From Dehalococcoidia bacterium (lineage in GTDB: Bacteria > Chloroflexota > Dehalococcoidia > Lucifugimonadales > Australimonadaceae): a DNA stretch of 64,000 bases. Both the position numbers and the translations under genes were made by a program. Positions 28,941-37,679 of this stretch are shown in pieces. The notes below the pieces were generated by a model, which did not search any database, had not been told where the DNA came from, and saw only the letters and a list, made by a program, of their open reading frames with translations. Position 1 is the stretch's first letter; each line of letters starts with the position of its first letter. The DNA lies in the NCBI GenBank assembly GCA_965242755.1, contig OZ251500.1, forward strand, positions 3,055,415-3,119,414, given 5' to 3'.

Positions 28941-29192
28941 GAAACCTTGGCGCGCCCCTCCTTCCCCGCGCAAGCGGGAACCCAGTCGGCGCGATAGCGC
29001 CAAGACGGGGCGCCCCGCGCCCCGTCCCCATCAATCCCCGCCGCCACGTCATTCCCGCGAAAGCGGGAACCTACTGGAAACCAACCCCATAGGAGACCTA
29101 TGCATAACCTACCGCCCTCCCCGCGCAAACGGGAACCCAACCCGGCGCGCAGCGCCAACCCCGCCCTCTCCTTCTGGGAGAGGGCGGGGTTG

Positions 29193-29280
29193 GCCCCCAC
29201 GTAGCGGCGGGTGAGCGTAGCCCCCCACGTAGCGGCGGGTGAGCGTAGCCCCCCACGTAGCGGCGGGTGAGCGTAGCCCC
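29193..29280. repeat. 28-bp tandem repeat x3
   Basis: GCCCCCCACGTAGCGGCGGGTGAGCGTA repeated head to tail with no spacers. Confidence 0.9.
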
Positions 29281-29312
29281 ACAGCAACCGAAGAACAGGA
29301 GGCCCCACGACA

Positions 29313-29684
29313 ATGCAAACCCAAATCCGCTCCCTCGAACGCCAACTCGCCTGCCAACTCGCCCAAGTCAAACTCGAACCCCTCGTCGAAGACTTCGTCG
29401 ACCGCTGGATGGACGCCAACGAATTCGGCCAGCCCCGCCCCGACATGCTCGAACTCGTCCAAGCCGCCGCCGAACAGGAAATCCCCCTCCTCACCATCAA
29501 CGTCCTCGACCAGTACCTCCGACGCTGCGAACGCAAAAACGAAATCCCCGACGAAACCCGCCTCATCGAAGCCATCGTCCACGGCTTCGCCCAAGTCCGC
29601 GGCGGCGACGACTGCAAAACCTGCAAGTGCCCCGCCCGCAAACTCCTCGGCGGCTACTCCGACTACATGCGCGACTTCCGCTAA
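29313..29684 (+). CDS. Hypothetical protein (123 aa) with CxxCxC motif
   Basis: AGGAGG RBS, same C/A-ending codon bias as the HTH gene, CKTCKCP motif. Confidence 0.7.
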   Translation: MQTQIRSLERQLACQLAQVKLEPLVEDFVDRWMDANEFGQPRPDMLELVQAAAEQEIPLLTINVLDQYLRRCERKNEIPDETRLIEAIVHGFAQVRGGDDCKTCKCPARKLLGGYSDYMRDFR

Positions 29685-29697
29685 CCCGCCCCCGAAG

Positions 29698-29839
29698 GAG
29701 ACCTCCGCATAACCTACCGTCCTGACCGCGTAGGCGGGAATCCAGGCGGCGCGCAGCGCCGCTCCTCTCCTACGTAAGCGCCACGTCATTCCCGCGAAAG
29801 CGGGAACCTACTGGGGCAGAGGAGTTATGCAAAGGTCTC
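29698..29839. mobile_element. MITE-like element with IS5-like inverted ends
   Basis: GAGACCTCCGCATAAC ... GTTATGCAAAGGTCTC enclosing REP hairpins. Confidence 0.55.
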
Positions 29840-30023
29840 TTCCGGGAGAGGGCAGCCGCGAAGCGGCGGGTGAGGGTCGCCGCCCGGCGCGATAGCGCCA
29901 ACCTTGCCCTCTCCCGATGGCGGGAGAGGGCAGCCGCGTAGCGGCGGGTGAGGGTTGCCCCAGCGCGGCAAGTATAATGAAGCCCATGCCCGCTAAAGCG
30001 GTCGGCGGGCGTAGGGAGATCGA

Positions 30024-31349
30024 ATGGCGGACGGCGAAGTTAGGCTAGCGCTTCCGGCGAGGGCGGCGGCCGGCGCCGCCTTGTCGCTTGCGCTGCTGCT
30101 GGCCGCCGCTTGCGGAGACAGCGGCTTCGAGCCGGGGCCGCTCGGCGCGGTCGAAATCCTTCCGCGCGAGCCGATCCAGATACGGACGATGCAGTCGCTG
30201 TGGGACGACGAGCCGGAGACGACGCCCGTCCTGCGCGGCGTAAGGCTCGCCATTGAGCAGTACGGCCCGATCCACGGGCGCGATGTGTCGCTGGGCGAGC
30301 CGATAGACGCGGGCTGCACGGAAACGGGCGGGCTCGCCGCCGCGCAGTCGGTCGCGGCGGAGCCGCAAGTGCTCGGCGTCGTCGGCACCACCTGCTCGGT
30401 CGCGGCCATCGCCGCAATGCCGATCCTCAGCGAGGCGGGGCTTGCGATGGTCTCGCCGGGCAACACCGCGCCGTCGCTCACCTCCGACCTGAAGGGCAAC
30501 CAGGGCGCCAATTGGCGGCCGGGCTACTACCGCGTGCCGAACAACGACCTCTACGAGGCGCTGGCCGTCGCGCAGTTCGCCTACAACCAACTCAACCTGC
30601 GCTCAATAGCCGTGATTCACGACGACGATCCGTACACCACGGGGCTGGGCGAGGCGTTCGTCGCCTCGTTCACGGATCTCGGCGGGAGCGCGCAGGTCGT
30701 CGATGTCATCCCGACCGGGGGAACGCAACTCGCTCCCTCGCTCGCGAAGGCCGCCGCTATAGAGCCGGACGGCCTCTATTTCCCGCTGTTCGGCGCGGAG
30801 GCCATCGCGCTCGTTCAGCAGTTTGAGCAAATTCCGGGGCTGGCCGGAGTGGCGCGGATCGGGGGCGCGGGCTTGCTGAGCGCGGACTTTCTCGGAACGC
30901 CGGAGTCGGAGGGGATCTACGCCGGCGCGCCGGAGTCGAGCGTCATTGACTACACGAACGAGTCCACCGGCGAGAGCCGGACGCAGTTTTTCGCCGACTA
31001 CCAGGAGCGGTACGGCGGGGCGCATCCGTCCGCCTACACGCCGCACGCCTACGACGCGACGACGCTGCTGCTGCGCGCCATTGAGGAGGTCGCCGTGGTC
31101 GACGCGAGACGGCCTTACGTCGACCATATCGCCGAGCAACTCGATGAGAGCGGCAGAGTCATGCATGTCGACCGCGCCGCCCTCCGCGAGGCGCTGAGCG
31201 CCGTGGACGGCTACGAGGGCATCACCGGCGAACTTTCTTGCGACGAATTCGGCGACTGCGGCTCGGGGCACGTCGACGTCGTCCATCACCTGGACTCGTC
31301 CGTCACCGACGTCGCGGAGTTGCCGGTGGTCTACAGATTCGCGCCGTAA
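30024..31349 (+). CDS. Branched-chain amino acid ABC transporter substrate-binding lipoprotein
   Basis: Lipobox LAAAC, VVGTTCS, MVSPGNTAPSLT and AYDAT. No permease genes adjacent. Confidence 0.88.
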   Translation: MADGEVRLALPARAAAGAALSLALLLAAACGDSGFEPGPLGAVEILPREPIQIRTMQSLWDDEPETTPVLRGVRLAIEQYGPIHGRDVSLGEPIDAGCTETGGLAAAQSVAAEPQVLGVVGTTCSVAAIAAMPILSEAGLAMVSPGNTAPSLTSDLKGNQGANWRPGYYRVPNNDLYEALAVAQFAYNQLNLRSIAVIHDDDPYTTGLGEAFVASFTDLGGSAQVVDVIPTGGTQLAPSLAKAAAIEPDGLYFPLFGAEAIALVQQFEQIPGLAGVARIGGAGLLSADFLGTPESEGIYAGAPESSVIDYTNESTGESRTQFFADYQERYGGAHPSAYTPHAYDATTLLLRAIEEVAVVDARRPYVDHIAEQLDESGRVMHVDRAALREALSAVDGYEGITGELSCDEFGDCGSGHVDVVHHLDSSVTDVAELPVVYRFAP

Positions 31350-31525
31350 GCGCCGGGGGGGCGCGCCAGCGCCATCCCCGCCCTCTCCTTCTGGGAGAGG
31401 GCAGCCGCGAAGCGGCGGGTGAGGGTTGCACCAATCGGACACCCGCCCCTTGCGCCGCGCGCCCCCGCTATCCTACGATTCCCCCGCGTCCCCAACCCCA
31501 ACCCCGCCCCCGCGACGGAGAAGCA

Positions 31526-33103
31526 ATGCCCGCAACCATCAACGTCCCCGACGGCGTCGACTTCGACGGCCCCCTCTACGTCACGGACGCTGGGCCTGTG
31601 ATGAACCGCACCCTCGTCATCAGCGACAACCTCCCGGCGCTCCGCGCGATGCCCGACGACTGCGTAGACCTCATCTACCTCGACCCGCCGTTCAACTCCG
31701 GCGCCGACTACCTCAACCCCATCGGCATCCCCGAAGCCGAGGCGCGCGGCCTGCAGTACGACCTCAAAATGCCCGTCCCAGGCGTCAACGAGCCCTACCA
31801 GGCCGGCTTCCGCGACCAATTCCATATGAACGAATTCAACAAAGACGGCACCCCCAACGACAACTGGAAGCCCGAGTGGGTGCGCGAAATCAGCCGCGTC
31901 ATCCCCTCTCTTCCTCCCCTCATCGCCGCCGCCGGCCACTCCCATTCCCCCTCGATGCAGGGCTACGTCACGTTTATGGCCATCCGCCTCGTCGAAATGC
32001 GCCGCGTCCTCAAGCCCAACGGCTCCATCTACCTCCACTGCGATCCGACGGCGAGCCACTACCTCAAGAGCATTATGGACTCCGTGTTCCATAAGGCGAA
32101 TTTCCGCAACGAAATCGTGTGGGGCTACCCGCCGGGAGGCAGAGCGCCGAAGTACGGATTCCATCAGAAGCACGACGTGCTGTTCTACTACAGCAAGGGC
32201 GGCGCTCCGACCTTCCATCACCAGCACAAGCCGCTGTCCGATTACCAAATCAGCAAGTTCACGAAAGAAGACGCCGATGGCCGCCGCTACAAGGAATACC
32301 GCAAGCGAACGCGCACCTACCTAGACGAGGTTCCGGGCAGCCCCGTCCCCTCGTGGTGGACGGACATCCCATCGCTAGGGCAAACGATCTCCAAAGAGCG
32401 CACGGGCTACCCCACGCAGAAGCCGCTCGCCCTGCTGGAGCGCATTATTCGCGCATCCTCCAACCCCGGCGACGTCGTGCTCGACCCCTTCTGCGGATGC
32501 GCCACGACCCCCATCGCCGCCGAGAGCCTCAAGCGCCGATGGATCGGCATGGACAGAGGCGTCGAATCTTACCGCCAAGTCGTCAACCGCATCCGCAAAA
32601 CCTTCCCCGACATGGCCACCGAAGGCGAGTCCGCCCTCATCGAAAACCGCCGCTTCTACCGCGTGGAAGCCCTTCCCGGCCAGGACAACGACGCTCCCTA
32701 TGTTTCCCCAATGGACCAGCGGGAGCCGCCGGAGCCCAAGTTGGAGTTGACCAAAGCCCAGCGGCGCGAACTGCTCGGCAAGCAGGACGGCTTCTGCCTC
32801 GGCTGCGGCACCAAACCCGACATAGAACTGATGGAGGGCGACCACGTCGTCCCGAAGGGCATAGGCCCCGAGGATATGGTGAACTTCCAACTCCTCTGCG
32901 GCTTCTGCAACAACCGAAAACGCACCCGGCCGATGCGCGAACTCTGGAACGACAACGAGCGCGACGGCAAACTCGTCTACCGCCGCCGCATGGAGAATCT
33001 CTACAACGAGCGCGAAGACGAGCGCCTAGCCGACCCTAGAATGGCCGCCCTCCACGACTTCTGGCAAGCCGCTCCGCCCAACGGCAATGGCCGGCGCAAG
33101 TGA
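31526..33103 (+). CDS. Beta-class N4/N6 DNA methyltransferase fused to a C-terminal HNH nuclease
   Basis: YLDPPFNS, YPTQKPLALLERII and LDPFCGCATT; tail CLGC...DHVVP...NFQLLCGFCNNRK. Confidence 0.88.
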   Translation: MPATINVPDGVDFDGPLYVTDAGPVMNRTLVISDNLPALRAMPDDCVDLIYLDPPFNSGADYLNPIGIPEAEARGLQYDLKMPVPGVNEPYQAGFRDQFHMNEFNKDGTPNDNWKPEWVREISRVIPSLPPLIAAAGHSHSPSMQGYVTFMAIRLVEMRRVLKPNGSIYLHCDPTASHYLKSIMDSVFHKANFRNEIVWGYPPGGRAPKYGFHQKHDVLFYYSKGGAPTFHHQHKPLSDYQISKFTKEDADGRRYKEYRKRTRTYLDEVPGSPVPSWWTDIPSLGQTISKERTGYPTQKPLALLERIIRASSNPGDVVLDPFCGCATTPIAAESLKRRWIGMDRGVESYRQVVNRIRKTFPDMATEGESALIENRRFYRVEALPGQDNDAPYVSPMDQREPPEPKLELTKAQRRELLGKQDGFCLGCGTKPDIELMEGDHVVPKGIGPEDMVNFQLLCGFCNNRKRTRPMRELWNDNERDGKLVYRRRMENLYNEREDERLADPRMAALHDFWQAAPPNGNGRRK

Positions 33104-33336
33104 GGGTCGCCGAGTTGCCCATGACCGTCATTCCCGCGTAGGCGGGAATCCAGGAACCTGCGTAGGCTGCAGTTGGCGTTCCCTCTATCCGCAACGGCGC
33201 TTGCGGGGCCGGGCTCCTCTTCGCAGAAGAGGAGGGGGCGCTTGCGCGCCGACTGGATTCCCGCCTACGCGGGAATGACGGCAGGTTATGCAACAGTTTC
33301 CCAGTCTCCCGCTCCCAAGCCCCTCCCCCCTCGCGC

Positions 33337-33365
33337 TTGCCGCTTGACGCGGCGATTCGTATAAT
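33337..33365 (+). promoter_or_regulatory. Sigma70-type promoter upstream of the icd-like gene
   Basis: TTGCCG-N17-TATAAT. Confidence 0.65.
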
Positions 33366-33412
33366 CCCCCCAACCTCGTCATACGCTGCGCCCAGCGGAA
33401 GGAGCCCCTCGC

Positions 33413-34615
33413 GTGCCTGAAGCCAATGTCATCGAAACCGCGAAAACCCACTTCGGCGGCCTCGTCGAGCAGCAACTCGAGCGCGTCGAGCGCCTGAAGA
33501 CCGCGCCGCCTCCCGTTGACTACGCCGGCATCAGCCCCATCGTCATCGGCATGCTCGGCGGCGACGGCATCGGCCCCACCATCACCTACGAGTCCCAGCG
33601 CGTCCTCGAGCAACTGCTCGCCGACGAGGTCGCCAAGGGCAAGGTCGAGTTCCGCAACATCGAAGGGCTCACCATCGAGAACCGCGCGGCCAAACTCCAG
33701 TCCATCCCCGACGACGTCCTCGCCGAGATCAAGCGGTGCCACGTGACGCTCAAGGGGCCGACGCACACGCCGGAGAAGGGCGACGGCTGGCCGAACATCG
33801 AGAGCGCCAACGTCTCCATGCGGAAGGCGCTCGACCTCTTCGCCAACGTCCGCCCCGTCCGCATCCCCGCCGAAAACATCGACTGGACGTTCTTCCGCGA
33901 GAACACGGAGGATATGTACGCGCTCGGCTCCGACGGCATCAACGTGACGGACGACCTCGCCATCGACTTCCGCGTCATCACGACGCAGGGCTCCCGCCGC
34001 ATCATCAACGCCGCCTTCGCCCACGCCCAAAAGACGGGCAAGGAGCGCGTCACCATCGTCACGAAGGCCAACATCGTCAAGACGACGGACGGCAAGTTCC
34101 TCGACGTCGCCCGCGAGATCGCGGCGCAGTACCCGGGCATCTCGTGGGACGCCTGGTACATCGACATTATGACGGCGAAGCTGATCGACACGGCGCGCCG
34201 CAACGAGTTCCAGGTGCTCGCGCTGCCCAATATGTACGGCGACATCCTCACGGACGAGGCGGCGCAGATTCAGGGCGGCGTCGGCACCGCGGGCTCCGCG
34301 AACATCGGAACCGCCTACGCCATGTTCGAGGCGATCCACGGCAGCGCGCCGCGAATGGTCGTCGAAGGGCGCGCCCAGTACGCCGACCCCTCCTCGATGG
34401 TGCGCGCGGGCGCCATGCTGCTCGACCACATCGGCTTCGCCGACCTCGCCCAGAAGGTCAACATGGCGCTCGACGTCTGCGGCCAGTACGAGCGCAAGGC
34501 CGTGACCACCGGACGCGACACGGGCGCGACGACCGCCGAGTTCGGCGACTACATCGTCGACACGGTCAGCGACGCCAACCTCAAGGACACGTGGGAAGGC
34601 TACGTCTACGCCTAG
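33413..34615 (+). CDS. icd: Isocitrate/isopropylmalate-family dehydrogenase, probably isocitrate dehydrogenase
   Basis: GDGIGP, LKGP, FRENTED, KANI, PNMYGDILTD and FEAIHGSAP; lies near mdh. Confidence 0.75.
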   Translation: MPEANVIETAKTHFGGLVEQQLERVERLKTAPPPVDYAGISPIVIGMLGGDGIGPTITYESQRVLEQLLADEVAKGKVEFRNIEGLTIENRAAKLQSIPDDVLAEIKRCHVTLKGPTHTPEKGDGWPNIESANVSMRKALDLFANVRPVRIPAENIDWTFFRENTEDMYALGSDGINVTDDLAIDFRVITTQGSRRIINAAFAHAQKTGKERVTIVTKANIVKTTDGKFLDVAREIAAQYPGISWDAWYIDIMTAKLIDTARRNEFQVLALPNMYGDILTDEAAQIQGGVGTAGSANIGTAYAMFEAIHGSAPRMVVEGRAQYADPSSMVRAGAMLLDHIGFADLAQKVNMALDVCGQYERKAVTTGRDTGATTAEFGDYIVDTVSDANLKDTWEGYVYA

Positions 34616-34639
34616 CCGGGGAGGGCAAGAGGCAGGGCG

Positions 34640-35044
34640 ATGGACATCTGGGACGATTTCTTCGGGGGCGGGCGCAAGCGCGCCTCGCTGAAAGACTTGA
34701 AGCCTCCCCTGCACCAACTGCAGAAGGGCAAGTGCATGTACTGCGGCGTGAAACTCCGCGAAGGGGACGGGCACGTGGACCACAAGCGCCCTTTCTCCCG
34801 GGACGGAGGGGAGAACCCGAAGAACATGCAACTGCTGTGCGGGCCTTGCAACACGCGCAAGGGGGCGCTTACCGACGCGGAGTTCCGCCGCCGGTTCAAG
34901 TCCGTCCTCTCGGCCAACAAGGATGCGCCCCCGGCTAGGGAGATACCGCTTTCCAAGTTCGAGGCGGTGGCGAAAGAGGTTGCGGTCAAAAAGGCGAAGA
35001 CCGCGAAGAAGCGCAGGGAGAGCGACCCCTTCGGCTTCTTCTAG
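34640..35044 (+). CDS. Stand-alone HNH endonuclease
   Basis: CMYCG...VDHKRP...NMQLLCGPCNTRKG. Confidence 0.88.
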   Translation: MDIWDDFFGGGRKRASLKDLKPPLHQLQKGKCMYCGVKLREGDGHVDHKRPFSRDGGENPKNMQLLCGPCNTRKGALTDAEFRRRFKSVLSANKDAPPAREIPLSKFEAVAKEVAVKKAKTAKKRRESDPFGFF

Positions 35045-35152
35045 CCCGCGATCCGTCGCCGTCGCCGCAACCACCGCCCAGCGCGCTGATTGCCTCCTGG
35101 CGTAAAGCGTATAATGTTCGCGCGCCCCGCATGGGGCAAGGGAGCGACCGAT

Positions 35153-35662
35153 ATGGCGAAACCAGGAGGGACGGCCAGTCCGCGTCCGTCCGCCCCAAGG
35201 ACGACGCGGCAGCCGAAGATGGTGGAAGGGCATAGCGTCCACCGCGACCGGTTCCTGCTCCACGCTGAAGAAATGCTGGGCAGGCGAGACCGGCTGCAGG
35301 CGTCGGAGAAGATATGGGGAGCCGCCGCTCATGCGGTCAAGCAGGTTGCGCGCCGGCGCCGGTGGCCGTGCACATCTCATGAGGACTTGCGCGACATCGC
35401 CCGCTACCTGAGCGACAAGGGCTCTTACCTGAGCAACGAGATCAATGCGCTCTTCGCGGCGGCGGAGTCGTACCACGAGAACTTCTACGCGGACACGCGG
35501 TCTGTGCCCGGCATCCGCGCAGGGTTGCAGGACGTCAAACGGCTGGTGGCTCTCCTGACGCAGTTGGACGAGACGCTGCCGCTCTCTCTCGCGCCGCCGC
35601 GCGGGCGAGACTACAAGGGCTACGAGAAGCGGCATCAGCGGGCGTTGGCGCGCGCGCCGTAA
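35153..35662 (+). CDS. PaREP1-like HEPN-fold protein
   Basis: QASEKIWGAAAHAVK...SH...YHENFY pattern; TATAAT at 35110. Confidence 0.75.
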   Translation: MAKPGGTASPRPSAPRTTRQPKMVEGHSVHRDRFLLHAEEMLGRRDRLQASEKIWGAAAHAVKQVARRRRWPCTSHEDLRDIARYLSDKGSYLSNEINALFAAAESYHENFYADTRSVPGIRAGLQDVKRLVALLTQLDETLPLSLAPPRGRDYKGYEKRHQRALARAP

Positions 35663-35734
35663 GCGAACGCGGAAGCGCAGGGAGCGCGAGCTCCTTTGGC
35701 TTCCGACCCACGATAAGGAGCAAGACGGACAACT

Positions 35735-36676
35735 ATGGGACGCAAGAAAGCCACCGTCGTCGGCGCGGGAAACGTCGGCGCAACCACCGCCCAGCGCCTC
35801 TACGAGCGCGGCTACATTGACGTCGTTCTCGTGGACGTCGTTGAGGATATGCCGCAGGGCAAAGCCCTCGACATCGCCGAGTCCGGCCCCGTCTTAGGGA
35901 TCGACGCCTCCATCGTCGGATCGAACGGCTACGACGAGACGGCGGGCTCCGACGTCGTGGTCGTCACCGCCGGCATCGCGCGCAAGCCCGGGATGAGCCG
36001 CGACGACCTCCTCTTCACCAATATGAAGATCGTCGGCTCCGTGGTCGGCGAGGTCGTCGGGCGCTCTCCGGACGCGGCGCTCATCGTCGTCTCCAATCCG
36101 CTTGACGCGATGGTGCAGCACGCCTACTCGCTCGCGGGATTGCCGAAGAGCCGCGTCGTGGGGATGGCGGGCGTGCTCGACACGGCGCGCTTCCGAACGT
36201 TCCTCGCGCAGGAGTTGGGCGTCTCCGTGAAGGACGTTCAGGCGTACGTGCTTGGCGGGCACGGCGATCAGATGGTGCCCCTCGCGAAGTACACGACGGT
36301 CGGGGGCGTTCCGATCAGCGACTTGCTGAGCGCGGAGGCGCTGGAGCGCATCGTCAAGCGGACGCAGGGCGGCGGCGGCGAGATCGTCGCGCTGCTCAAG
36401 ACGGGCAGCGCCTTCTACGCGCCCTCCGCCGCAGTCGCCGAAATGGTGGACGCCATACTCTTGGATCAGAAGCGCCTGCTGCCCTGCGCCGCGCTGTTGG
36501 AGGGCGAGTACGGCATCAGCGGCGTCTATATGGGCGTTCCGGTGATCCTCGGCGCGGGCGGCGTCGAGCGCGTCGTCGAACTCGACCTCACGGCGGACGA
36601 GAAGGCCGCGCTCGACAAGTCGGCGGACGCCGTCCGCGAACTCGTCGAGGTGATGGCGACCGCCCCCGCGAACTGA
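35735..36676 (+). CDS. mdh: Malate dehydrogenase (LDH-like)
   Basis: [32 protein letters not shown] and GSAFYAP. Confidence 0.96.
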   Translation: MGRKKATVVGAGNVGATTAQRLYERGYIDVVLVDVVEDMPQGKALDIAESGPVLGIDASIVGSNGYDETAGSDVVVVTAGIARKPGMSRDDLLFTNMKIVGSVVGEVVGRSPDAALIVVSNPLDAMVQHAYSLAGLPKSRVVGMAGVLDTARFRTFLAQELGVSVKDVQAYVLGGHGDQMVPLAKYTTVGGVPISDLLSAEALERIVKRTQGGGGEIVALLKTGSAFYAPSAAVAEMVDAILLDQKRLLPCAALLEGEYGISGVYMGVPVILGAGGVERVVELDLTADEKAALDKSADAVRELVEVMATAPAN

Positions 36677-36690
36677 CGCGAGGCGGAGCG

Positions 36691-37365
36691 TTGCCCAACC
36701 GCGTCATTCCGCTCGAGCCCGTCCCTCCGGGCGGCGGGGACAACGGCGGCGACGGCCCGCTCGCGTTCACCGACGTCGTCGTCCTGCTGCATCTCGAAAA
36801 CGCGCCGTCGCATACGCGCCAGGGGGACTCGTTCTTTGAGAGCGAGGCGCTCGCTGAAGCGGCGGTCGCCGCGTTCGGGCTCGGCTGCGCCGTCGGCGTG
36901 GACTTCCCCGCCCGCATCCTGCCGATCCTGGAGCAGACGCACCCGGGCGAGGTCGAGCGCATCGTCGCGGAGTGCGCGGAGCCGCTGGAGCGGCAAGTCG
37001 CCGCCGCGCGCCAAGCGACGGAGGCGCTCGCGCCCGAGGACTTCCTGCACGACCTGCTCGAGACGTTGGATGAGTCCGAGCATGCCGACGCGGAAACCGC
37101 GCAGAACGCCGTCAGCATGAGTTTCGAGTACGGCCTTCTGCTCGCCAACGCCAGCCGCTCCGCCGCGCTCGTGCTCCGCAACGCGCTCAACCGCGCGACG
37201 GCGGACGCGCTGCGCGCCGCGTCGAGCGAGGACGAGGGGGAGGGCGCGGAGGACGATCCGTCCGCCTCGTCCGACCTGGAAGACGAGCCGCCGTTCGAGT
37301 CGTTGCAGGAACTCGCCGCGGAGATGGTGAGCGCTTACGAAGCCGACATCGGCTTTGGGGAGTAG
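36691..37365 (+). CDS. Acidic hypothetical protein (copy 1)
   Basis: Host-like codon usage, directly follows mdh, duplicated at 41427-42069. Confidence 0.75.
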   Translation: MPNRVIPLEPVPPGGGDNGGDGPLAFTDVVVLLHLENAPSHTRQGDSFFESEALAEAAVAAFGLGCAVGVDFPARILPILEQTHPGEVERIVAECAEPLERQVAAARQATEALAPEDFLHDLLETLDESEHADAETAQNAVSMSFEYGLLLANASRSAALVLRNALNRATADALRAASSEDEGEGAEDDPSASSDLEDEPPFESLQELAAEMVSAYEADIGFGE

Positions 37366-37679
37366 CGCGCGGGGGGCGCCGCAGGGCGAGGCGAGCCGGA
37401 GCTCTAGGCGGGCCGGTCGGTTCGTGGTCGTTTCATTGCGCCGTCTCCTTGCGCCGCCGTGCTCCGCGAGCGCTGCGGCCGGGGGTAGGATAGCGCAACG
37501 CCCTCGTCATCGAACTAGGACTGGGCTTGGCGTTGCACCATCGGAGTCGGTGGCGGTGGCGCCACCACCGCTGAGACATCGATTGAGCGGCGGAGTAGGG
37601 TATTGACAAGACGCGGGGAAATGGGGAATCCTTTGGAACACGGGCGACATGATGCATGGATTGCAAGGGTACGTGACTG

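Noticed and set aside
29193-29280. Mini-CRISPR from three 28-bp repeats
   Set aside because: The units are head to tail with no spacers, so this is a tandem repeat.
27887-29684. Prophage, suggested by the terminase-small-subunit-like HTH
   Set aside because: No large terminase, portal, capsid or integrase genes in the window.
27385-29960. CRISPR array suggested by recurring ~30-bp palindromic repeats
   Set aside because: Spacing is irregular, the intervening DNA is itself repetitive or coding, copies are scattered through the window in both orientations, and no cas genes are present.
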